A DNA stretch of 64,000 nt. Origin: Candidatus Micrarchaeota archaeon (GTDB taxonomy: Archaea > Micrarchaeota > Micrarchaeia > Anstonellales > Bilamarchaeaceae). A program made the translations under genes and the position numbers. The stretch's first letter is position 1, and the number at the start of each line of letters is the position of its first letter. Under the pieces are notes generated by a model. That model did not search any database and had not been told where the DNA came from. It was given only the letters and a program-made list of their open reading frames with translations. Below, piece by piece: positions 36,401 to 43,319 of the stretch. Location: contig JBDRLQ010000016.1 of NCBI GenBank assembly GCA_043812915.1, positions 36,318 through 100,317 of the forward strand, in the 5' to 3' direction.

Positions 36401-38292
36401 GCCTTGGTGTTTCCGAGTATATGCCTTATCTCTTCTTCCATTGCTGCGAATGCGGCTGATGACCTCACGCCCGACATCTTGACCACGTCGAGGTCGCGGC
36501 ATCCTATGTTGGCCAGTTCCTCCTGGGTCATGTGGACATTGACGCCTGCCTTTCCATATATGCGGGATACTACGTGCCGCATTTCATCGCGGGTAAGCTC
36601 ATGCCTGAGCTTGCCATAGAAGAAACCCATGTTCTGGTCCACGCGGTACATGCCCCCCACCACCATCTCGTGGGGTGGGGTGGTGACCTGCTTGTAGAAC
36701 GCTCCTGCCGCCCCGCCCCTCCTCTGGGCTGCTGCGGCCCTGGCTTCGAAGGCGGGCTTTCCGCCTACTACTGCCGTGGTGCCTGTCTTGGCCATTTCCC
36801 TGGCGAATGCTATTCCGTGTGTTCCGGCGGCCCTGGTTCCCCTGGCAACCACCTGCGTGGTTCTTGACATGGAATCCACAGTGCCTGCGACTATGGGGCC
36901 GAGTATGGCGTACCTTCCGAATGCCTTTCCAAGCGCGCTCTGCACCCTCTGGTGCGCCGCGCTGCGCACTCCGAGCTCCGGGTGCGCTGTTAGCACTTCG
37001 AGCCTCTTCCATGTGCTAAGGCCGCTTATATACTGCCTAATTGAGCCTCCCAATACGGCGTCCTGCCCTCCCCTGCCTTCAAGCGTTGACATAAGCTGGG
37101 ATACTACCCTGTGCTCCTCCTCTCCATAGTGGTATGGGAGCCTGCGCGCAAGGCTTCTTGCCTCCTCAGCCGACATGCCTGCCCTGCGGGCTGCGACCGC
37201 CATGCTCTCGGACATCTGCCTCAGCTGCCCGACATCGCCTGCGGCCCTGTCCCCTGCGGTTGCGGGCGCTGCCTGCGCCAGCCTGCGTATCTCACTTACT
37301 TCTGAAGGCGTTACTCCCGCGCCTCTGGTGGCGAGCCTCTCTGAAGTAAGGGCTGTCGCTCCTGCCGCAAGGCCCATGTTGCTCTTTAGCGTCCTCTTCA
37401 TTTCCGTGTAACCGAAAGGGGCGAGTATCTGCCCACTGGCCGAGACTCCCTTTGGAGCCGGAAGCCTTGGCGTGGTTATGTCTAGCAATGATATGGGCGA
37501 TTTGCCCGAAAAGTACATCGATGCCAGAAGAAGGCCGAGTATCATGAATATCCCCAGGCACGGAAGCGTTCCTCCTATTCCGCTTGGCCCTGCAACCAGG
37601 GAAGTTATCATGTCCGTAAGCTCCGGGAGTATTCCCGGGCTTGTGTCTTCGGTTGTGAGCGTGGTGGTGTACGGAGTAGTCGTTATCCCTCCATTGAGCT
37701 GCGCCGGGGCCACTACCTTCACGTTTATCCTTCCTGTTCCTCCGAGCTCCCCTCCTGTTGAATACAAGCTTGTGGGCACTTCGCAGGATACATAGTAATA
37801 TGGTATGGCGTCCGCGCCTTCACCCACGGTCCTGTAGTCCTCCGCGGTGAGTACTGGGCTGCAGTCAGGTATTCCCACCCAGTCCCTCGCGTTGGGGCTC
37901 CAGTAAAGGAATGTGAAATTAGCATTGGGCACTGTCATGTATGTTACGTCCTGTTCAGTGCTGCCGAGCCTTTCAGCGCTCGCACTGTGAATGCAGCTCT
38001 GCCAGTCGTATCCTCCGTCTTCCCTGATGAATTCGGCGGCGTCGCAGTACTCATGGTAGCCTTCTCCCCTGCAACACTCTGCTATGCGCTGCGTTTCCGA
38101 AAAATCCACTGCGGACGCTTCGGTACGGAAAAGAAGCAGGCTCGCCTCAAGGACATTGGAGCCCTCTCCGGTCGGCATTACCACCAACTGTCCCTCGAAG
38201 AAATCAGAGCCTCCGAAAAGGTCGGCACTGACTGTGGGGACCAGCATCAGCAAAACAAACATCCCAACGAACAAATTTCTTATTGCGGACAT
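33496..38292 (-). CDS. giant (about 1598 aa) membrane protein of unknown function: signal peptide, extracytoplasmic N-domain of about 230 aa, single TM helix, very large Q/N/M/W/R-rich domain, C-terminal Cys4 zinc-ribbon-like tail
   Basis: ATG at 38292 gives MSAIRNLFVGMFVLLMLVPTVSA. The ORF track uses an in-frame GTG at 38301. Hydrophobic segment GTLPCLGIFMILGLLLASMYF at about aa 240-262. C-terminal CYCANCGRAGYRGATCSNASC. No recognisable catalytic motif. Confidence 0.65.
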   Translation of the reverse strand: MSAIRNLFVGMFVLLMLVPTVSADLFGGSDFFEGQLVVMPTGEGSNVLEASLLLFRTEASAVDFSETQRIAECCRGEGYHEYCDAAEFIREDGGYDWQSCIHSASAERLGSTEQDVTYMTVPNANFTFLYWSPNARDWVGIPDCSPVLTAEDYRTVGEGADAIPYYYVSCEVPTSLYSTGGELGGTGRINVKVVAPAQLNGGITTTPYTTTLTTEDTSPGILPELTDMITSLVAGPSGIGGTLPCLGIFMILGLLLASMYFSGKSPISLLDITTPRLPAPKGVSASGQILAPFGYTEMKRTLKSNMGLAAGATALTSERLATRGAGVTPSEVSEIRRLAQAAPATAGDRAAGDVGQLRQMSESMAVAARRAGMSAEEARSLARRLPYHYGEEEHRVVSQLMSTLEGRGGQDAVLGGSIRQYISGLSTWKRLEVLTAHPELGVRSAAHQRVQSALGKAFGRYAILGPIVAGTVDSMSRTTQVVARGTRAAGTHGIAFAREMAKTGTTAVVGGKPAFEARAAAAQRRGGAAGAFYKQVTTPPHEMVVGGMYRVDQNMGFFYGKLRHELTRDEMRHVVSRIYGKAGVNVHMTQEELANIGCRDLDVVKMSGVRSSAAFAAMEEEIRHILGNTKASGEQKLGQLLNLAERQGIARSEFSGMLQFQRSVEAVEASKMPEFAKMLALQQVIEQHHNDFPPGSASSPNAFHSFVGREHMTAQEIWNMSVFRSMVYANEEGHVYGAGIKEALQSEWLKAVNRMVTLNPASNMHELPEYMRNEVQLGKIRDRARGYFADMFTAEGREMFQKVKGKSVSQAAIAEMVDFTFGGAIPKSGMTPDGRRVWHQGAFELAPPTGAFKTDMKTHWLSHIDTSENIAMAPWINRRFGGGYVTALDPSVEARLDRAVGSTSWSVDQRRTKAQQMWVSDYIEKDMRNRANSTFCNHAYGGQMHETTGFYNNVLAAFMEKALKENKGMPGNHADLRFLETMKMQNPEDLKKFRTLAMEHQDDLKKVLGSKITYDDLAGFKQPWVLMSDGGYCPYRHAMPVGDKDRMLAGEVSLYNRETKSHMLFNPDDVNIHFGGRSDLERRWQDLQSKRTTHEWNAFMNEVTAWAKDGGYSYEKQKILGAVTWRYGNQTYDYGKFWNNSDVKVMAKREVMPLAPSIFRMFNWEAPGLMKAIKPFRDMALHVGDYVSRVALSAGGELHKASWEITPYSEFYRQASWRNAQRIMSADLNQLGLSAQEQKAYRRLAIDQGRFDQVWAFAIDRNPWLASSSFGTHQAWAAKFHFGPQDTYSLSNNLQSYMTKSEYMNFMAHSGAVISVARRMMAPYTNMFRGMQMSMQGYASKFDSVNDPLRQYNFTQPRVLEALQSLNPFSASIGRGRLAQALNKSNVFQSSLEARQLAGNDFRGGLGAAAQDMWLQNEGVYSDVRIGAANPGLSAYSYRANLRLDPTMAANMLRSGDASVLFEKEIHDSALDTHHRRTISAEALQIRRGQEMRGFGVSQNSMFGWANPLLFMWHMPAPGTGSFGLRNITTSLVDFVKNGHRGGGYMNRLADTADRTGAALGRAMRPWRMSSVCYCANCGRAGYRGATCSNASCRSRLY

Positions 38293-38330
38293 CTTAATCA
38301 CACTTCTAAGTAAATCGGGTCGACGCCGCT

Positions 38331-38391
38331 TTATAAACCTGTAGGTTTTATAGTTATATGAAAACTACAAAAACTACAAAATCTGTAGTTT
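38331..38391. promoter_or_regulatory. divergent promoter region: TATA-like TTTATAAA (38331-38338) plus three copies of a TGTAG(G)TTT/AAACTACA motif, including the palindrome AAACTACAAAATCTGTAGTTT (38371-38391)
   Basis: Read directly from the sequence: cctgtaggtttt ... aaactacaaaaactacaaaatctgtagttt. It lies between the giant gene (minus strand) and the ATPase gene (plus strand). Confidence 0.45.
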
Positions 38392-38423
38392 ATTGTCGTA
38401 AAACAAGATAAGAAGGGGTAAAT

Positions 38424-39485
38424 ATGAAAGGAACGAATCCATTCCCGCTATGGGGAGAGACACCTCAGAGCATTATAGGTAGGAATAACGAAATTGATAT
38501 ATTTAATAGTTACCTAAACGCGGTTTCCTCCGGTACGCCCGTGCTCGTGCTCTCAACCGGGGGCCCCGGGAGCGGAAAGACGCTGCTTTTCCGCCGTTTA
38601 CGCCGTGAGAGCATAAAGGAAGGCCTCGCGTCACCATATATAAAGATAGAGCGGGGGGAGTCCGAATCCGACCTGGTGAACAAGCTCCACCAGGAGATGA
38701 TAGGCTTCCTGGAGACCCAGGAAGGGGAGCGGGCCAGGCCCGGCAGGTATTCCGCCTCCATAAACGCCCTCAGGAAGAGGAGCGCTGGCACCCTGGAGGG
38801 CTTTTCGAGGGCGGCCGCCTCGGACTTAGGCGGGGTGATGCACGGGATAATGTTCTTCATAGACGATTTCGACAACCTGCGCAAGAGCGAGGATGAGTTC
38901 CAGAAGATTGCCTCGATTGTCAGCAGGGGGAAACTGCCCGTCGGCTTCGCGCTCTCATCCACCCGGGATTACGGGGGCAGCGACCCAGTAATACGGAGAT
39001 TCGCCCTTTCCGCCTTCACAGAGCATGATGTGCTTGAGCTTGTGGATAAGGCTCTTGGGAAAGGGCCGCCGAAGATGGGAGAGCAATGCCTGAAATCAAT
39101 TATGGCCGACAGCGGCGGGAATCCCCGCCTGGTGAAGACTTCCTGCTGGATGCTTTATGAGAGATTGAAGGAAACTGACAAGATTATAACGAAGGGGCAT
39201 TACCTGGCGGCTTTGCCGGCCCTGACGAGCATGCTAGGCAGGGAATGGTTCGGCCCGATGTACAGCAGGACACCCGAATCAGAGAGGAAAATCCTGAAAG
39301 TTCTGGCCAGGGAAGGAAAGCAGATGCACATATCAGATGTCGCAACGGCAATGGGAAAGCCTCTTGGCCCAACGACAGCCCTCGCAAAGAGGCTCCTGGA
39401 CAGGGGGCAGATACTCCGGATGGACCGCGGCGTTTACCTTCTCTTTTCCAGGCTCTATGGGAGATATGTCCTTAGCATGTCATAA
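38424..39485 (+). CDS. archaeal-type AAA ATPase (Arch_ATPase-like) with C-terminal winged-helix domain
   Basis: Walker A GGPGSGKT. Walker B MFFIDDFDNL. C-terminal wHTH-like segment. AGGGGT RBS upstream. Confidence 0.7.
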   Translation: MKGTNPFPLWGETPQSIIGRNNEIDIFNSYLNAVSSGTPVLVLSTGGPGSGKTLLFRRLRRESIKEGLASPYIKIERGESESDLVNKLHQEMIGFLETQEGERARPGRYSASINALRKRSAGTLEGFSRAAASDLGGVMHGIMFFIDDFDNLRKSEDEFQKIASIVSRGKLPVGFALSSTRDYGGSDPVIRRFALSAFTEHDVLELVDKALGKGPPKMGEQCLKSIMADSGGNPRLVKTSCWMLYERLKETDKIITKGHYLAALPALTSMLGREWFGPMYSRTPESERKILKVLAREGKQMHISDVATAMGKPLGPTTALAKRLLDRGQILRMDRGVYLLFSRLYGRYVLSMS

Positions 39486-39553
39486 TCCTCCATTCTTTCC
39501 CTGAGCGGATGCCTTATCTTTTAAAAACCTTAAAGGAGGTTTAGAAACGAAAG

Positions 39554-41128
39554 GTGAATACTGTGGACGACAAACAATCTTCTTCGAATCTTAGGGTAAT
39601 TAGTGTTTTCGTTCTTGTCATGATAAACGTGGCCGCGATTGCTTCGCTCCGTGGCCTTCCTGCAATGGCCGAACTCGGTCTCTCATCTGTCTTCTATTTC
39701 GTGGTGATAGCGCTCCTTTTCTTCATACCCACCGCCTTGGTTTCGGCAGAGCTGGCAACAGGCTGGCCGAAGAAAGGAGGGGTGTATGTATGGATAAAGG
39801 AAGCCTTCGGCCAGAGATGGGGATTCCTGGCAATCTGGCTCCAATGGATTCAGAATGTCATCTGGTATCCCACCGTCCTCTCATTCACCGCGGCCACCCT
39901 GGCATATGTCTTCAGCCCTGCCTTGGCATCTAACCCGTTGTATATGCTGGGGGTTATCCTTGCGGTGTACTGGGGAGCGACATTGGCAAACTTTCGCGGT
40001 ATGAAGACTTCCGGAACGATAACCACAATCGGAGCGGTCGGAGGGACAATCCTTCCAGCATTAATTATCATCATCCTCGCAGGAATATGGATATCTTCGG
40101 GCAACGCGCTCCAGATCGAATTCAATTTTCAGGACTTGGTTCCGGACCTTAGCAGCATAGGCACAATCGTCCTTGCCGCAAGCGTCCTCCTAGGTTTCTG
40201 CGGAATGGAGATGTCCGCCGTGCACGCCCAGGAAGTTAGAAATCCGCAGAATAATTTCCCCCGGGCGATACTTCTTTCGACGGCGCTCATCTTGGGGATA
40301 TTCATCCTCGGGACACTATCAATCGCGATAGTGGTCCCCACTGCGAAAATCAGCTTGGTTGCTGGAATCATGCAGGCCTTCACAAGCTTCTTTGATGCGT
40401 ACAATATCGGTTGGATGGTTCCAATCATCGCTCTTTTGATTGTCCTTGGGTCAATCGGCTCTGTGAGCACCTGGATTGTGGGCCCGAGCAAGGGATTGTT
40501 CGCGACAGCATCCGAAGGCTCTCTCCCGCCCTTCTTCCAGAAGGTGAACAAGAACGGGATGCCTGTCAACCTGATGCTGGTCCAGGCGGGGATAGTGACC
40601 CTGCTGGCGCTCATATTCCTTCTGATGCCTAATGTCAGCAGCTCATACTGGATTCTGACAGCGCTGACAGCGCAGCTTTATCTAATCATGTACGTGCTGC
40701 TCTTCCTTGCAGCACTCAAGCTGCGCTATTCCAGGCCGGAAGTTCCGCGCGCATACAGGATCCCATTCGGTAAACTCGGCATGTGGGTTGTCGCGGGAGT
40801 TGGAAGCCTGGCGGCCCTTTCAGGGATTTTCATCGGATTCTTCCCGCCATCCCAGCTCCAGACCGGGAACATAATATTCTACGAGTCATTCCTGGTTGTT
40901 GGCATACTGCTGGTTGTTTCCGCCCCCCTGGTGATACACCACTTCAGGAAGCCGGAATGGGTTCCGAAAACAGCGAGGCAGGATATGACAATCAGCGCAG
41001 CTCCGGAAATACTTGCCAGGAAAATGGCAAAGGCTGACCGGATAGCCGGCTACACGAAAAAACCAGGGGCAAGGAACCCAAAAAAGAAGAGTATCAAATC
41101 CAGAAAGAAAACCAAGAGAAGGGGATGA
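39554..41128 (+). CDS. APC-superfamily amino acid permease, putative glutamate:GABA antiporter (GadC-like)
   Basis: 12-TM APC-like protein of about 520 aa with a basic C-terminal tail. The stop is 4 nt before the glutamate decarboxylase start. The start may be a GTG. Confidence 0.65.
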   Translation: MNTVDDKQSSSNLRVISVFVLVMINVAAIASLRGLPAMAELGLSSVFYFVVIALLFFIPTALVSAELATGWPKKGGVYVWIKEAFGQRWGFLAIWLQWIQNVIWYPTVLSFTAATLAYVFSPALASNPLYMLGVILAVYWGATLANFRGMKTSGTITTIGAVGGTILPALIIIILAGIWISSGNALQIEFNFQDLVPDLSSIGTIVLAASVLLGFCGMEMSAVHAQEVRNPQNNFPRAILLSTALILGIFILGTLSIAIVVPTAKISLVAGIMQAFTSFFDAYNIGWMVPIIALLIVLGSIGSVSTWIVGPSKGLFATASEGSLPPFFQKVNKNGMPVNLMLVQAGIVTLLALIFLLMPNVSSSYWILTALTAQLYLIMYVLLFLAALKLRYSRPEVPRAYRIPFGKLGMWVVAGVGSLAALSGIFIGFFPPSQLQTGNIIFYESFLVVGILLVVSAPLVIHHFRKPEWVPKTARQDMTISAAPEILARKMAKADRIAGYTKKPGARNPKKKSIKSRKKTKRRG

Positions 41129-41132
41129 AGAA

Positions 41133-42533
41133 ATGGTATCCAAGAAAGCTGAAATAAAGAAAGGAAAAGTGGTGGAGACTGTTGGCGCGAGCACCTACTC
41201 GACAAGATTCTTTGAGGAGGAAGTCCCGAAATACGTCCTCAGGGAAGAAGGGATGCCCGCGAAGGCGGCATACCAGCTGATTCATGACGAGCTCAATCTC
41301 GATGGCAATACCTCCCTCAATCTGGCCACATTCAACACCACGTGGATGGAGCCCGAGGCCAGGCAGATCATCATGGAGAACCTGAACAAGAACTACATTG
41401 ACCATGACGAGTATCCGCAGACGGCGGAAGTTGAAAAAAGGGTAATCAACATGCTGGCCCGGCTCTTCAACGCCCCGGAAGCAAAGAGCTTTGTTGGAGC
41501 TAACACGGTCGGCTCATCAGAAGCAATCCTGCTTGCCTGCCTAGCGCATAAATGGACCTGGAAGAACCGGCAGAAGGCAAAGCGAAGGCCGTTTGACAAG
41601 CCGAACATCGTGATGGGGGGAGACGTCCATACGGTATGGGACAAGTTCGCAAGATACTTCGATGTGGAGCCAAGGATTGTTCCGCTCAAGCCTGACCGCT
41701 ACGTTGTCAGCGTCAAGGAGATCGAGAAGCTCATCGATGAGAACACAATCTGCGTGGGCGCGATTCTAGGGACCACCTTCACCGGCCAGGCCGACCCGAT
41801 CGAGGAAATAAACGACATGCTTGTCAGAATAAAGAAGACCAAGGGCTGGGATATCCCAATCCACGTCGATGCCGCCAGCGGAGGTTTCGTCCTTCCATTC
41901 ACAAACCCGAAGATGAAATGGGACTTCAGGCTGCCGCAGGTGAAGACGATTAACGCCTCCGGGCACAAGTTCGGCCTGACCTACCCTGGCTGCGGATGGC
42001 TCGTCTTCAGGGATGAAACGGACCTGCCCGATGACATAGTCTTCCACATAAATTACCTTGGGGGGGAGATGCCCTCATTCACACTGAATTTCTCAAGGGG
42101 AAGCGCGATGTTGCTCGCGCAGTACTACAATCTCCTTCGCCTTGGGAAAAGCGGATACCGCAGGATTCTGAAGAATATACTCGGAAACGCGCAGTACCTT
42201 GCCCAGAAAATCAAGACCTGCGGCAGGTTCAGCATGCTCAGCACAGCCAAGGTGGTCCCAGTGGTTACTTTCCAGATGGCAAAAGGGCAGGGTTTCAGCG
42301 TATACGAGCTTTCCGACAAGCTAAGGGAGAGGGGCTGGATTGTTCCGGCATACACCCTTCCGCCTAATGCCGAGAGCGTGGCGATACTGAGGGTTGTGGT
42401 CAAGGAGAACTTCAGCCGCGACATGGCTGATTTGTTCTTCAACGACATCATCAACGCGTGCAACGCCCTTGATAAGCCGAAAGTGAAGGAAAAGAAGACC
42501 TCTAGGGGGAAGAAGGAAGATCACATCTGCTAA
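41133..42533 (+). CDS. gadB: glutamate decarboxylase (PLP-dependent, group II decarboxylase)
   Basis: SGHKFGLTYPGCGWLVFR contains the PLP-lysine HK motif. N-terminal region and overall length (466 aa) are typical of GAD. Confidence 0.85.
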   Translation: MVSKKAEIKKGKVVETVGASTYSTRFFEEEVPKYVLREEGMPAKAAYQLIHDELNLDGNTSLNLATFNTTWMEPEARQIIMENLNKNYIDHDEYPQTAEVEKRVINMLARLFNAPEAKSFVGANTVGSSEAILLACLAHKWTWKNRQKAKRRPFDKPNIVMGGDVHTVWDKFARYFDVEPRIVPLKPDRYVVSVKEIEKLIDENTICVGAILGTTFTGQADPIEEINDMLVRIKKTKGWDIPIHVDAASGGFVLPFTNPKMKWDFRLPQVKTINASGHKFGLTYPGCGWLVFRDETDLPDDIVFHINYLGGEMPSFTLNFSRGSAMLLAQYYNLLRLGKSGYRRILKNILGNAQYLAQKIKTCGRFSMLSTAKVVPVVTFQMAKGQGFSVYELSDKLRERGWIVPAYTLPPNAESVAILRVVVKENFSRDMADLFFNDIINACNALDKPKVKEKKTSRGKKEDHIC

Positions 42534-42835
42534 TTGAGCAGCTCTTCTCTCAGACCAGCGTTCTGGAGCTTCAGGCTGGCCGCCCTCTGAATCAGCCCGT
42601 GCGGGCTGTTTTCAGCCAGGTGGCTCAGTTGCTCCTTCATGCCAATTGCCTCTATCCTTGTGAGCGCAAGGATTGTTTCCGCGACTTTTCTCTCGGGAGG
42701 CTGAAGCGGGGGCCTCCATATGCCGCTTCGCATTTCAACCAGTTCCCATAAATAGTCTCTTATTATTGGGTGCAGTCGGGGCGTTCTCCGGTTAGGCGCC
42801 TTTATTATTGCCCGTAGCTCTCTTTTGGAAGACAT
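42530..42835 (-). CDS. hypothetical protein (101 aa)
   Basis: ORF convergent with gadB. No recognisable family. Confidence 0.35.
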   Translation of the reverse strand: MSSKRELRAIIKAPNRRTPRLHPIIRDYLWELVEMRSGIWRPPLQPPERKVAETILALTRIEAIGMKEQLSHLAENSPHGLIQRAASLKLQNAGLREELLN

Positions 42836-42897
42836 AATCAGTCACAAGTTGCAGGAAAAAGATAAAAAAATGGCGGCACTTTGCCGCCGGCATCTAT

Positions 42898-43236
42898 TCA
42901 GCCTCTGTCATTGAGGTCGAAATCGATTCCCCCTCCGACCTTGAGCACTATGTTGTATACGGTCGCAGACAGGAATCCCATTATGAATGCCAGAATGCTG
43001 TTCACAACAAGGCCAATCAGTCCGAATATGAAGAACATAATCAGGCCGATTATCCCACCGCCGAAAGCGTCCATCGGGTTGTTGGATGCCGCCATCCCGA
43101 GAAGGGTCATGAGGACCATGATTATGCTCATTATGACCATCAGCACTACTCCGAGCACAAAGCTCCATATCGCGAGCAGCTTCCCAAGGGAAACCGCGCC
43201 TATGTGCGTAAGGGTTACTTTTTGCATATGTTTCAC
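42898..43236 (-). CDS. small integral membrane protein (3-4 TM helices)
   Basis: Strongly hydrophobic helical segments. Preferred over the antisense plus-strand ORF 42881..43267. Confidence 0.5.
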   Translation of the reverse strand: MKHMQKVTLTHIGAVSLGKLLAIWSFVLGVVLMVIMSIIMVLMTLLGMAASNNPMDAFGGGIIGLIMFFIFGLIGLVVNSILAFIMGFLSATVYNIVLKVGGGIDFDLNDRG

Positions 43237-43319
43237 CGACCACTACTTGCCAGCCTATGTTTTTTAGCCTGATGGTTGCCTGAGAATGGGTTTTAATCCT
43301 TGCCACCGATGACTAAACC

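Noticed and set aside
42881-43267. 128-aa plus-strand ORF
   Set aside because: The opposite strand encodes a convincing small multi-TM membrane protein. The plus-strand product is Pro/Ser/Arg-rich and looks non-coding.
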